Shown: piece by piece, positions 27,265 through 36,058 of the stretch | Numbering within the stretch: the stretch's first letter is position 1 | Layout of the letters: each line of letters begins with the position of its first letter | Source: an uncultured Actinomycetes bacterium | GTDB taxonomy: Bacteria > Actinomycetota > CADDZG01 > JAHWKV01 | Direction of reading: 5' to 3' | NCBI GenBank assembly: GCA_964501265.1 | Contig: CAZCSK010000008.1 | Span: 387 to 64,386, forward strand | Length of the DNA: 64,000 bases | Translations under genes and position numbers: made by a program | The notes under the pieces: model-generated | What the model saw: the letters and a program-made list of their open reading frames with translations, nothing else | What the model was told of the DNA's origin: nothing | Database searches by the model: none

Positions 27265-28845
27265 TTGAGGAACAAATGGCGGTGGGTGGGCGTCCCCATA
27301 CTCTTGCTGCTCATGCTCTTTGCAGCCGCAGCGACCTTCTTACAAGCGGACCTGCTGGCAGCCCCGGACGTCCTATTGATCCTGGGCACATGGGTCGCGA
27401 TCGCCACGGTGATCGCTGTCGCCAAGATCGACAAGCGGTTCGTTCGGTCCCATCAACCAACTACCTGGATCGGCAGGCGTTTCGGGCGGGGACCGCGCGG
27501 CATCGCACTGACGGCGTCCATCCTGCTGACGATCGTATGTGCAATAGCGGTCTACTTGCTCGGACAGCGAGTCAGTGTTGTCACCTCAGAGATTTCGCGC
27601 TTTGACCTTCGCATCGTCGACCTCGCCCATGCCCAAGAAACCATCAACCAACGTCCGGTGATGTCTGCCCTTACCGAGATCGGCCGGGGGCGGATAACGA
27701 CGATCATGCTGGTCCTCGTAGCACTAGGTGCAATGGTCGCGGGTGCAAGACGCGCGGTGTTGTTGATGGTGGCAATTCCGGCGCTTTCGAGTATCGCAGT
27801 GACGACGCTCAAAGCATTTCACTCACGGCCGCGCCCGGCATTTGGGAGTTTGCTCGAGGCTTCTCACAGCTTTCCCAGTGGGCACAGCGCCGGAGGGCTC
27901 GCACTCGCCGCGGGAGTTTTGGTGATGGCCCGCCGGTGTGGCTTCAAACGGACGTGGTTGGCGAGCGGCATCCTGCTTCCACTTGGGCTGTCCATCGGTT
28001 ACAGCCGTGCATATCTAAGTGTTCACTGGACATCTGATGTTGTGGGAGGCTGGCTAGTGGCAGCGGCCATAACCGGGCTAGTGCTAGCGCTGTCATTGGC
28101 TCTTCCTCGTACGGCGGAAAAGTGGGAAGTCAAGCACGGATGGATCGACGCCGGTCTTGGGGCGGCCATTGTCGTGGCATTAATAGTTGGATTTGACGGC
28201 GCGCGTAACTCTTTCCCTGACTTTCCTGCAACTATTCCGGAAAAAGTCGCCGAGCTCGCGGCCGTGCTGAAGAAGCTTCCACCGACCTCCGAGACGCTTC
28301 TGGGCCGCCAGGTAGAACCGGTCAACCTGCTCCTCACCAGCGCCGAAGGGGACCTTCAGGGCACTCTGCGCGACTTGGGCTACACCCGAGCGCTCCATCT
28401 GACGCCTCTGCGCATCATTAATCCTGACCGCTCAGAAGACCTGAAGGAGCTCTCCGTATCCCGCGCTTTCCTGGATACGCGGGTCCAGGATTTCGCGATG
28501 CAAATGCCGTCGCAAAAAGGCCTCTCGCGGCATTACGCCAGATTTTGGAGGCTGCCAGTCTCGCTCCAAAACGGCTGCGACGTTTGGGCAATCAATGCAA
28601 CGTTGCGCGACAGTTCCGGTCGATTGGAGTGGCAATTAATCCCGGAATCTCACATCCGACCTAAAGTGGACGAAGAACGTGAATTTCTTACCATGAAGTT
28701 GGTTGACTCGGGACTATTTCGTTTTTCCGAGCTTCGACGTGTCCGCAACACTCAAAGCGATCGCTCTGCTGGCGGTGATCTTTTCGTTACCGACGGGAAG
28801 ATAGCACTACTCGAAACCCTCGCACCCTGCGAGACCAAGCGGTAG
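27265..28845 (+). CDS. Polytopic PAP2 phosphatase with ~250 aa C-terminal extracytoplasmic domain (LssY_C-like)
   Basis: PAP2 motifs KAFHSRPRP, PSGHS, SRAYLSVHWTSD inside an 8-TM region. Large soluble C-terminal domain. Confidence 0.65.
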   Translation: MRNKWRWVGVPILLLLMLFAAAATFLQADLLAAPDVLLILGTWVAIATVIAVAKIDKRFVRSHQPTTWIGRRFGRGPRGIALTASILLTIVCAIAVYLLGQRVSVVTSEISRFDLRIVDLAHAQETINQRPVMSALTEIGRGRITTIMLVLVALGAMVAGARRAVLLMVAIPALSSIAVTTLKAFHSRPRPAFGSLLEASHSFPSGHSAGGLALAAGVLVMARRCGFKRTWLASGILLPLGLSIGYSRAYLSVHWTSDVVGGWLVAAAITGLVLALSLALPRTAEKWEVKHGWIDAGLGAAIVVALIVGFDGARNSFPDFPATIPEKVAELAAVLKKLPPTSETLLGRQVEPVNLLLTSAEGDLQGTLRDLGYTRALHLTPLRIINPDRSEDLKELSVSRAFLDTRVQDFAMQMPSQKGLSRHYARFWRLPVSLQNGCDVWAINATLRDSSGRLEWQLIPESHIRPKVDEEREFLTMKLVDSGLFRFSELRRVRNTQSDRSAGGDLFVTDGKIALLETLAPCETKR

Positions 28846-28856
28846 CCTTAGAGGCC

Positions 28857-30332
28857 ATGCGCGAACGCAAGCGAAGACATCTTCCGAAACCGGTCCAACG
28901 TTGGGATCTTGCGATGTTTCGGCGACTATCGGGGGTCGAGTCCTCGATTCTCGACAAGACTCTTATGCCCCTAACGCATGCCGCCAATGACTCGCGACTA
29001 TGGATTGTCTTGGCGGCACTAATTGCGACATTTGGAGGAAGATTTGGCCGGCGAGCCGCTCTTCGAGGACTCATGTCACTTGCAATCACATCGGGGATCG
29101 TGAATTTGCCGGCAAAGTATCTTGCACATAGGCATCGGCCGGACGACGAGCGTCGAAGGCGGCGCCGACTGGCCATTCTTCCCGCATCTTCGTCATTCCC
29201 GTCGGGGCACTCCGCCTCCGCCGCCGCCTTTGCCACCGGTGTCGCTTTAGAGTTACCTACTCTCGCGGTGCCGGTGGGAGTGCTGGCAACCGCGACTGGG
29301 TTCTCGCGGGTCTACGCCGGCGTGCATTACCCGCTCGACGTCTTGGTTGGCGCGGCATTGGGAGTGACCGCCGCACTGACAACACGGCGGTGGTGGCCGG
29401 TGGCCCCGCGCGAGACCGCCCAGATGCGACCTACTGTCATGGCAGCAAAAACAAACCCACTCGTCGATGGCAACGGTCTCGTGATCTTTGTAAATCCTTC
29501 TGCCGGCCCAGCATTGTCACGAAACGGAACGTCCCAAATCAAGGACTTGCTTCCCAATGCAGAAGTGATCGAACTGGATGATGACGCTGACCTGGAGGAA
29601 CAGTTGACACATGCAGCCCAGCGATGCCATGCCTTGGGAGTTTGCGGCGGCGACGGTTCCATCAATTGTGGAGCGGAAGTGGCCTTGAAACACGACAAGC
29701 CATACGTGGCTATGCCAGGAGGCACTTTGAACCACCTGGCGCGCGATCTTGGGATCGCGTCTCTCGAAGACGCTGCGACGGCGGTTATCGAGGGCCAGAC
29801 CGCTGCGATGGATGTCGGCCTCATCGATGGCAAACCTTTCCTCAACACAGCAAGTGCTGGCGCTTATGTCGAACTGGTCGACGCCCGCGAGCGGCTGGAA
29901 AGCAGGATCGGCAAGTGGCCGGCGGTCATCGTTGCTCTGGTGACCGTTTTGAGTAAAGGCACACCGCTGCGCGTAGAAATCGATGGAGTGCCCAAGGTAA
30001 TCTGGATGATCTTCATCGGTAACTGCCGTTATCACCCACAGGGATTTGCACCGAGTTGGCGCGAGCGACTCGATGACGGAGATTTAGACCTGCGGATCGT
30101 GAACGGGTCGGAGCCATGGTCTAGGACCCGCTTGGTGCTGGCCGTTATGACTGGGCGGCTGGGACGCAGCCGAGTCTACGAGGCCAGGATCGCGAAACGA
30201 ATCGAGATAAGGTCAATGGAGGGTCCGCTGCGGTTGGCACGCGACGGTGAAACGTTCGATGGTTCAGACTCGTTCCTCATTGAAAAACACAAGGAACGTT
30301 TGACCGTCTATGTCCCGGGCGAGGGGACCTAG
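28857..30332 (+). CDS. Fusion protein: membrane PAP2 phosphatase + DAGK-type lipid kinase catalytic domain
   Basis: PAP2 motifs (RHRPDD, PSGHSA, SRVYAGVHYPLD), then DAGK_cat motifs (LVIFVNPSAG, GGDGSIN, PGGTLNHLARDLG). Confidence 0.7.
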   Translation: MRERKRRHLPKPVQRWDLAMFRRLSGVESSILDKTLMPLTHAANDSRLWIVLAALIATFGGRFGRRAALRGLMSLAITSGIVNLPAKYLAHRHRPDDERRRRRRLAILPASSSFPSGHSASAAAFATGVALELPTLAVPVGVLATATGFSRVYAGVHYPLDVLVGAALGVTAALTTRRWWPVAPRETAQMRPTVMAAKTNPLVDGNGLVIFVNPSAGPALSRNGTSQIKDLLPNAEVIELDDDADLEEQLTHAAQRCHALGVCGGDGSINCGAEVALKHDKPYVAMPGGTLNHLARDLGIASLEDAATAVIEGQTAAMDVGLIDGKPFLNTASAGAYVELVDARERLESRIGKWPAVIVALVTVLSKGTPLRVEIDGVPKVIWMIFIGNCRYHPQGFAPSWRERLDDGDLDLRIVNGSEPWSRTRLVLAVMTGRLGRSRVYEARIAKRIEIRSMEGPLRLARDGETFDGSDSFLIEKHKERLTVYVPGEGT

Positions 30333-30976
30333 GACTCCCGGTTCAGATACCTGCCGATGAGAAACAGCAAGCCGAACAGAACGACTACACCAACTCCGGT
30401 TATTAGCCAGGTCGTTTTGGGATCGTCCTTATTGAAAAACCCACCCAACAAGTAGCCGACCGACATCACTTCAGCGATACCCACCAGAGCGCCGATTGCA
30501 TCAGGCGGTAGAAACTGCTTCGCCTTGACTTTGGACGAGCCCGCTGCAGCCCCCACTAGCGCTGAAGGGAAGGCAGCGAGCCGACCCCAGAATACGACCC
30601 TCGAGCCTTTCTTCTTGAGCACTTTTTGCAATTTCGCTATCTTTTTCAGCGGTAAGATTCTGCCCACGATGCCAGGTAACTTCTCGCTCTTGATCTCTGT
30701 TGCATAAAGTCGGCCGAGGTAATAGAAATGCCAGACTCCCAGTATCGACAACGGGATCGCGGCCAGCACTATCTGAAGTAAAAGAGCCGAAGATTGGGTA
30801 GCCCGTGCTTTGTAGGCTCCTGCTAACAGGACTTCTTTCGTGGGCCGCATCACAACCAGCAGCAAGAAGTGGTCGGAATACAGAAACTTCGCCAGCGGAA
30901 TAGCGGCAATGCCCAGGAGGATGCGGAAACCCGCGAGCCAAAGTAAAAACGTTCGAAGGCGCGTGGACTTTTTCAC
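30329..30976 (-). CDS. DedA/VTT-family membrane protein
   Basis: Multi-TM protein with the DedA-like VVFWGRLAAFPSALVGAAAG motif. Start uncertain. Confidence 0.5.
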   Translation of the reverse strand: MKKSTRLRTFLLWLAGFRILLGIAAIPLAKFLYSDHFLLLVVMRPTKEVLLAGAYKARATQSSALLLQIVLAAIPLSILGVWHFYYLGRLYATEIKSEKLPGIVGRILPLKKIAKLQKVLKKKGSRVVFWGRLAAFPSALVGAAAGSSKVKAKQFLPPDAIGALVGIAEVMSVGYLLGGFFNKDDPKTTWLITGVGVVVLFGLLFLIGRYLNRES

Positions 30977-30996
30977 AAGTTAGCATTCTCCTTAAG

Positions 30997-31692
30997 GTGA
31001 AAAAGAGCAACCCTACAATGCTATGGGCATATTCGATCGGGGCGGGCATCGCGGTTCTGTCAGGTGTCGGCGTCGCTGTGGGATTCTTACTCAAGCGGTC
31101 GTCCTGGGGCATAGACGCATCGATAGTTCGCTCTCTGCATGAGAGATTGAGTTGCGACAACCCCTTCATCGTCGCCGCGAAGTTCATCGTGTACCTGGGC
31201 TTGCCTCCTTGGTTCTACCTGCTCATTGGGGGTACTTGTATTTACCTGGCTATCCGCAAACGCTGGGGTGAAATCGCCTACCTGTTGATCTCTTCTGTAG
31301 GGGGCGGACTTATCGACACAATCGTTAAGCGTGTCGTCGATCGTCCTCGTCCGAACGTGGGACGGCCCTGCAACTTCCAAACATTCAGTGGTGAAGGATG
31401 GAGCTTCCCATCGGGTCATTCAATGACGTCCGTGATCGTGTACGGGGCTCTGATGGTGATCTTTCTCCCACGACTAGCCCCACGCTGGCGCATCCCGGGA
31501 ATCATTCTTGCAGTCCTACTCCCACTTGCGATCGGGTTTTCCCGGCTTTCTCTAGGGGTTCACTGGGTGAGCGACATCATCGGAGGATGGCTATTGGGGG
31601 TAGCTTGGCTTGCAGTTTCGACATTCAGTTTCAAAAGGTGGGGAGAAACGCACCCTTTCGAAACAACGGCATCACCAACCCCTGGAGACTGA
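30997..31692 (+). CDS. PAP2-family lipid phosphatase (UppP/PgpB-like)
   Basis: KRVVDRPRP, PSGHS, SRLSLGVHWVSD in a 6-TM protein. Confidence 0.75.
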   Translation: MKKSNPTMLWAYSIGAGIAVLSGVGVAVGFLLKRSSWGIDASIVRSLHERLSCDNPFIVAAKFIVYLGLPPWFYLLIGGTCIYLAIRKRWGEIAYLLISSVGGGLIDTIVKRVVDRPRPNVGRPCNFQTFSGEGWSFPSGHSMTSVIVYGALMVIFLPRLAPRWRIPGIILAVLLPLAIGFSRLSLGVHWVSDIIGGWLLGVAWLAVSTFSFKRWGETHPFETTASPTPGD

Positions 31693-31812
31693 CGAGGTCT
31701 AGAACCCTGGTCTCAATTTCGCGTGCCTTTAAACGGAATACCACTTTCACCACGGAGGGTCAGCCCTGCGGGTGTGTTAAAGTAGCTCTCGATCTGCTCA
31801 ACCTTTAAGACT

Positions 31813-31883
31813 GGTCCTGAGAGGCCGGAAAGGGAGCCACATGAACACGCGCAACGCCGGATGCTCGGGCTCCGGCGTTTTTT
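31813..31883 (+). promoter_or_regulatory. PyrR-binding attenuator in pyr operon leader (binding loop + intrinsic terminator)
   Basis: GGTCCTGAGAGGCCGGAAAGGGAGCC matches the PyrR box (UCCnGAGAGGCu...). It is followed by an ACGCCGGA/TCCGGCGT hairpin and TTTTTT. Confidence 0.7.
31854..31883 (+). terminator. Attenuator terminator hairpin of pyr leader
   Basis: 8-bp GC-rich stem, 9-nt loop, and a run of 6 T. Confidence 0.7.
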
Positions 31884-31902
31884 CATTCGGGACCAATCTT
31901 TG

Positions 31903-32454
31903 ATGGGCTCCCCTCGACCGGTCGGCAACTCCAAGGTGGTGCTCGAGGTCGATGACATTACCAGGGCGATAAGGCGCATGGCCCATGAGATCATCGAGCG
32001 CAACAAGGGCTCGTTAGATCTTGCCCTCGTTGGGATTCGCAAACGTGGCGTTCCCCTCGCTCACCGCCTAGCAGCCGAAATTGAAGGCATAGAGGGTTCG
32101 ACGGTTCCTACAGGGGACCTCGACGTATCGTTCTACCGCGACGATGTCGGCATCCGCAGGCCGCAGGAAATTTTCAGCACCAACGTAAAGTTCGATCTCA
32201 ACAACATGACCGTCGTCCTGGTTGATGATGTTCTCTACACGGGCAGGACGGTGAGGGCGGCCATCGATGCCGTCGTCGACTTCGGCCGACCTCGCTATAT
32301 TCAATTGGCAGTCCTTGTAGATAGGGGCCACCGCGAGCTTCCGATCCGGGCGGACTTCATCGGAAAGAACCTTCCTACCGCGCCCGGCCAGGAAGTGAAT
32401 GTCCACCTTCAAGAGACCGACGGGGAGGATGCGGTGATAGTGGTTACGCCATGA
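31903..32454 (+). CDS. pyrR: Bifunctional pyrimidine operon regulator / uracil phosphoribosyltransferase PyrR
   Basis: PRTase motif VVLVDDVLYTGRT and PyrR family similarity. Start placed after the attenuator terminator. Confidence 0.85.
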   Translation: MGSPRPVGNSKVVLEVDDITRAIRRMAHEIIERNKGSLDLALVGIRKRGVPLAHRLAAEIEGIEGSTVPTGDLDVSFYRDDVGIRRPQEIFSTNVKFDLNNMTVVLVDDVLYTGRTVRAAIDAVVDFGRPRYIQLAVLVDRGHRELPIRADFIGKNLPTAPGQEVNVHLQETDGEDAVIVVTP

Positions 32455-33365
32455 TCAAACATCTTCTATCGATTGACCAACTTGTGGTGGAACAAATCGA
32501 GCGCGTAATGACCACTGCAGATTCCTTTCTTGAGGTCGGCGGCCGAACCATCAAGAAAGTCCCGGTTCTGCGAGGTCGGACGATTTGCAATCTATTTTAC
32601 GAACCATCAACGCGCACTCGCATCTCATTCGAGCTCGCGGCGAAACGCTTGTCGGCGGACGTCGTCAACTTCACCGCGGACGCTAAGACGTCCGTGACAA
32701 AGGGAGAATCCTTCAAGGACACGGCGTTGACGCTTCAAGCGATGGGGCTCGATGCGATCGTTGTCAGGCATTCATCGGCCGGGGCCCCCTTAAGACTGTC
32801 GCAATGGGTTGAGGCCAGCGTGATCAACGCCGGCGACGGGGCCCACGAGCACCCTACGCAAGCCCTGCTGGATGTTTACAGCATCCGAGAAAGATTCAAG
32901 ACCCTCGACGGATTGCGGATTGCACTGGTCGGCGACGTAGTTCACTCGCGCGTTGCGCGCTCGAATATTAAGGCGATGACAAAGATGGGAGCGCACGTAA
33001 CTCTCGTTGGCCCCCCGACACTCATCCCGGCATCGGCCGAAACCTGGGGCGTGGACATTTTGTCGGACATTGACCAAGTCTTGCCCAAGATTGATGTCGT
33101 CTATTTGCTCAGAGTTCAAAAGGAGCGGCAGAACGAGCAGTTGTTCCCGTCGGTTAGAGAGTATGCGGCTCTTTGGGGGCTCGACGGGCGCCGGGTTGAC
33201 TTGATGAAGCCCGAAGCTCTAATCATGCACCCAGGCCCCATGAATCGTGGCGTCGAGATCTCCTCGGACGTCGCAGACATGGACCGTTCCATCATCACGG
33301 ATCAGGTGACCAATGGGATCGCAGTACGCGCTGCCATCCTGTATCTGATGTTGGGGCAAGATTGA
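32451..33365 (+). CDS. pyrB: Aspartate carbamoyltransferase catalytic subunit
   Basis: STRTR carbamoyl-phosphate motif and HPxQ motif (HEHPTQAL). Confidence 0.9.
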   Translation: MIKHLLSIDQLVVEQIERVMTTADSFLEVGGRTIKKVPVLRGRTICNLFYEPSTRTRISFELAAKRLSADVVNFTADAKTSVTKGESFKDTALTLQAMGLDAIVVRHSSAGAPLRLSQWVEASVINAGDGAHEHPTQALLDVYSIRERFKTLDGLRIALVGDVVHSRVARSNIKAMTKMGAHVTLVGPPTLIPASAETWGVDILSDIDQVLPKIDVVYLLRVQKERQNEQLFPSVREYAALWGLDGRRVDLMKPEALIMHPGPMNRGVEISSDVADMDRSIITDQVTNGIAVRAAILYLMLGQD

Positions 33366-34675
33366 TGAGTAGCGTTGTCTTCAAGGGTGGGCGATTGATC
33401 GACCCAGCCTCTGGATTCGATGGGCTTGCCGACGTGGCCGTCACCGATGGTCTCGTCTCGGAGGTCGGAGTCGGCATTTCTTCCGGCAGCGCGGACGCGA
33501 TTGATATTTCGGGTTCAGTGATCTGTCCCGGTTTCGTCGACTTGCACGTTCACCTTCGGGAGCCGGGACGTGAGGACGAGGAAACGATTGCTTCCGGATC
33601 TGCTGCGGCGGCCCTCGGGGGCTTTACGGGGATCTGCTCTATGCCCAACACCGACCCTGTCTGCGACAACACCTCGGTGGCCGAAATGATTTCCTCGCAG
33701 GCAGCCCGAGTCGGCTTGATCAAGATCGTTCCCGCAGCTTCGATCACCAAGGGGCTCGAGGGCAAGACACTCTCGCCCATAGGTGAGCTGGTTCGCGCCG
33801 GAGTTCGCATGTTCACCGACGATGGACACGGTGTTCAAGATGCCTCATTAATGCGGCGGGCCATGGAATACATCAAGGGATTCGACGCTTTGTGCGCCGA
33901 GCACTGCGAAGACGACCCCTTATCCGAAGGTGGGCAGATGCACGAAGGCGAAGTATCGGACGCCCTCGGCCTAAAGGGTATCCCCGCCGCGGCAGAGGAG
34001 GTTGCACTCGCCCGAGACCTGATGCTGGCGCAACTTACAGGGGTCCGCTTTCATGCTCTCCATGTGTCGACCGCCGGATCGGTCGATCTCATTCGCAAAG
34101 CGAAGGAGCGCGGCATTCGGGTAACGGCCGAGGTAACGCCCCACCATCTTGCTCTTACGGATGCCGAAGTCGGCTCATACGACCCGAACTTCAAGGTCAA
34201 TCCACCTCTGCGCGCGAGCCAAGACGTCGAGGCTCTTCGCGCTGGTCTGGCCGACGGGACCATCGATGCGATCGCGACCGACCACGCCCCCCACTCCGCT
34301 GAGGAGAAGGAATCGGAGTTTGAGTTGGCGCCCCCGGGGATGCTCGGGCTGGAGACCGCTCTCGCCGTGATCCTCACAGAGGTCGTCGGCAAAGGGGTGA
34401 TCGATCTTCCTGCGGCCCTGCGGCTGCTCTCCACTTCGCCGGCTCGCATTTTGGGCCTCGAAGGGCATGGGGGCCCCGTGTCTGTCGGAGTTCCGGCGAA
34501 TCTCACGGTCTTCGATCCAAAAGCTGAGTGGCTCGTCGAGCCTTCCCAATTCGCATCGCTCAGCAGAAACTCGCCCTGGAGCGGACGAACCCTGAAGGGA
34601 AGGGTGCTCCACACGATCTTTGAGGGGCGTCTGGTGGTGCGTGACGGGATGCTACTTGAAGCGGTGAAGACTTGA
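33365..34675 (+). CDS. pyrC: Dihydroorotase
   Basis: Metal-binding [10 protein letters not shown]... and DHAPH motifs. Confidence 0.85.
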   Translation: MSSVVFKGGRLIDPASGFDGLADVAVTDGLVSEVGVGISSGSADAIDISGSVICPGFVDLHVHLREPGREDEETIASGSAAAALGGFTGICSMPNTDPVCDNTSVAEMISSQAARVGLIKIVPAASITKGLEGKTLSPIGELVRAGVRMFTDDGHGVQDASLMRRAMEYIKGFDALCAEHCEDDPLSEGGQMHEGEVSDALGLKGIPAAAEEVALARDLMLAQLTGVRFHALHVSTAGSVDLIRKAKERGIRVTAEVTPHHLALTDAEVGSYDPNFKVNPPLRASQDVEALRAGLADGTIDAIATDHAPHSAEEKESEFELAPPGMLGLETALAVILTEVVGKGVIDLPAALRLLSTSPARILGLEGHGGPVSVGVPANLTVFDPKAEWLVEPSQFASLSRNSPWSGRTLKGRVLHTIFEGRLVVRDGMLLEAVKT

Positions 34676-35949
34676 GGCCCGCCGTCCTGGTACTCGAAGA
34701 CGGAGAAACCTTTTTCGGCGAGGCGTTTGGGGCGGAACGAGAGGCCTTCGGCGAAGTCGTATTCAACACCTCGATGACCGGATATCAAGAGGTCCTCACG
34801 GACCCGTCCTACGAAGGCCAAATAGTGGCGATGACCTACCCGCACATCGGTAACTATGGCGTCAACGACGAGGACGGCGAGAGTTCCGCCGTGCGGGTGA
34901 ATGGATTCGTGGTCAGAGATGTTGCGGCGGCTTGGTCCTCGTGGCGAGGGCGCACGAGCCTTAACGAGTACCTCAAGGACCAGGGGATCGCGGGCATCGC
35001 CGAGGTCGACACTCGCCGGCTGACCCGGCACATTCGCGACAAGGGCGCAATGCGCGGCGCAATCTCAACGGCCTCAGATGTGGCCCAACTGAAGTCTCGC
35101 GTGACCGAGTCGCAGCAAATGCTGGGCGCCGATTATGTAAAGGCGGTTACGACGTCGGCGCCGTACGAATGGCCGACGACGGGGGAGGCCCGATATCGCG
35201 TGGCTGCATATGACTTCGGAATCAAGCACAACATCCTTCGGCTGCTCGCCGCATCGGGATGCGCTGTTACGGTTTATCCGGCAACGACGCCCGCAAGCGA
35301 AGTTCTTGCCGCCGATCCCAACGGTGTCTTCTTGTCGAATGGCCCCGGCGATCCTGAAGCCGTCTCCTACGGGGTAAGAGCCATCGACCAGCTCCTCGGC
35401 CGCGTTCCGATTTTCGGTATATGCCTCGGCCATCAGTTGATGGGGCTGGCGCTGGGTCTGCAGACATTCAAGCTACCCTTCGGACATCGGGGAGCGAACC
35501 ATCCAGTCGCCAGGCTCGACGACGGGGCCATCGAAATCACCACTCAAAACCACGGCTTCGCGGTTTCGGGAAGTCATTTCCTGTTGGAAGCCGCGAAACC
35601 GGGGGCTGGTATGCCCGAGGCCACTATCGTCCAAACGCCTCGGGGCGGAGTGCAACTAACTCACGTCAATTTGAACGACTACACGGTGGAGGGGTTCCGC
35701 ATGCTCGACGAGCCGGCGTTCTGTGTGCAGTACCACCCGGAAGCGGGCCCCGGCCCCCACGATTCGCGTTACCTGTTCGAACAATTCAACCTATTAATGG
35801 GGGGGCTCGGGGGGGCGCTGAAACGGGGAGGCGCGACCCCAATGCGTGAAACGGCCCGGAGGACGGGGTCGCGCAGGTCCGAGCACGAATTCGCGACAAC
35901 GAAAGGACTTGAATCAACACGAGAGGAAGGGGGTGAATCATTTGGGTAG
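34672..35949 (+). CDS. carA: Carbamoyl-phosphate synthase small (glutaminase) subunit with ~45 aa C-terminal extension
   Basis: GATase triad region GICLGHQL...H..E. Extension begins [14 protein letters not shown], a degenerate repeat-end fragment. Confidence 0.85.
   Translation: MRPAVLVLEDGETFFGEAFGAEREAFGEVVFNTSMTGYQEVLTDPSYEGQIVAMTYPHIGNYGVNDEDGESSAVRVNGFVVRDVAAAWSSWRGRTSLNEYLKDQGIAGIAEVDTRRLTRHIRDKGAMRGAISTASDVAQLKSRVTESQQMLGADYVKAVTTSAPYEWPTTGEARYRVAAYDFGIKHNILRLLAASGCAVTVYPATTPASEVLAADPNGVFLSNGPGDPEAVSYGVRAIDQLLGRVPIFGICLGHQLMGLALGLQTFKLPFGHRGANHPVARLDDGAIEITTQNHGFAVSGSHFLLEAAKPGAGMPEATIVQTPRGGVQLTHVNLNDYTVEGFRMLDEPAFCVQYHPEAGPGPHDSRYLFEQFNLLMGGLGGALKRGGATPMRETARRTGSRRSEHEFATTKGLESTREEGGESFG
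35799..35815 (+). repeat. Degenerate terminal fragment of the repeat family (G7-CTC-G7) inside the carA 3' extension
   Basis: GGGGGGGCTCGGGGGGG, compared with the family end GGGGGGTTCGGGGGGG. Confidence 0.45.
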
Positions 35950-36058
35950 AGGAGATAGAGGCAAAGTTAGTTGGGCATCGAAGCGACAGACCGCTAAGAA
36001 GACCGCCGTTAAAAAGAAAGCCGCTGCAAAAGGAGTAGCTAGAAAGGCCGCCAAGTAA

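Noticed and set aside
35846-36058. 70-aa Lys/Ala-rich ORF (…KKTAVKKKAAAKGVARKAAK) between carA and carB, in the carB frame
   Set aside because: It overlaps the carA 3' end and repeat-derived sequence. It has no RBS or start context. carB clearly starts at the TTG at 36059. Probably a chance ORF in GC-rich DNA.
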